IMG/VR virus record: IMGVR_UViG_3300014202_000217
Coordinates: 1-31,521 of that record
DNA from: a virus
Taxonomy: Duplodnaviria > Caudoviricetes
Reading direction: 5' to 3' (one strand)
Length of the DNA stretch: 31,521 bases
This document shows positions 31,401-31,521 of this stretch, piece by piece. A model generated the notes under the pieces. It was not told the DNA's origin. It ran no database searches and saw only the letters and a list, made by a program, of their open reading frames with translations. How positions within the stretch are numbered: position 1 is the stretch's first letter; each line of letters starts with the position of its first letter. The position numbers and the translations under genes are program-made.

Positions 31401-31521
31401 TGCTTTTCTCGATTGTGCAATCGTTTCTCTACTATTTGCTGCCAGCCCTACACCTGAAAAGCAGGCGACAGCCCCGCTGCTTTGACGATTTTCCGGCTCT
31501 GTGCTATGTTATGGCATACAC

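Overview
The window holds most of a temperate siphovirus-type phage or prophage on the minus strand. Read from the right end, it encodes: tyrosine integrase, an AT-rich control region, a primase-polymerase replication protein, small early genes (NUMOD4-HNH, HARP-like), a ParB-HTH protein whose methyltransferase domain appears cut off, a membrane-anchored CHAT (caspase-like) protease, TerS, TerL, portal, scaffold, major capsid, decoration protein, neck proteins, tail completion/terminator, tail tube, tail chaperone with a -1 frameshift, tape measure, tail tip and a tail fibre with an S74 chaperone. A 4.6-kb cassette of GT4, GT2, cobalamin-dependent radical SAM and a second radical SAM interrupts the neck genes, suggesting tailored virion glycosylation. 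Converging on the tail genes from the plus strand is a LysM / FtsK(TraB-like) / membrane protein / membrane-HTH module. It has a GAA-repeat cruciform right after FtsK and 11 TGTACA palindromes inside the HTH gene, resembling the actinomycete TraB-clt-Spd dsDNA conjugation module. With the integrase and Prim-Pol, this suggests a phage/AICE-like hybrid. Other notable cis elements: a 27-bp inverted repeat inside the rep gene, a candidate ~120-nt sRNA, terminator-like hairpins ahead of five operon-leading genes (two preceded by related small proteins) and a LexA-like box. All product calls come from motifs and synteny; no database search was run. The host is unknown; a Chloroflexota or Gram-positive-like host is a guess only. 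No tRNA, rRNA, CRISPR array, att site, repressor or clear lysis cassette was seen.
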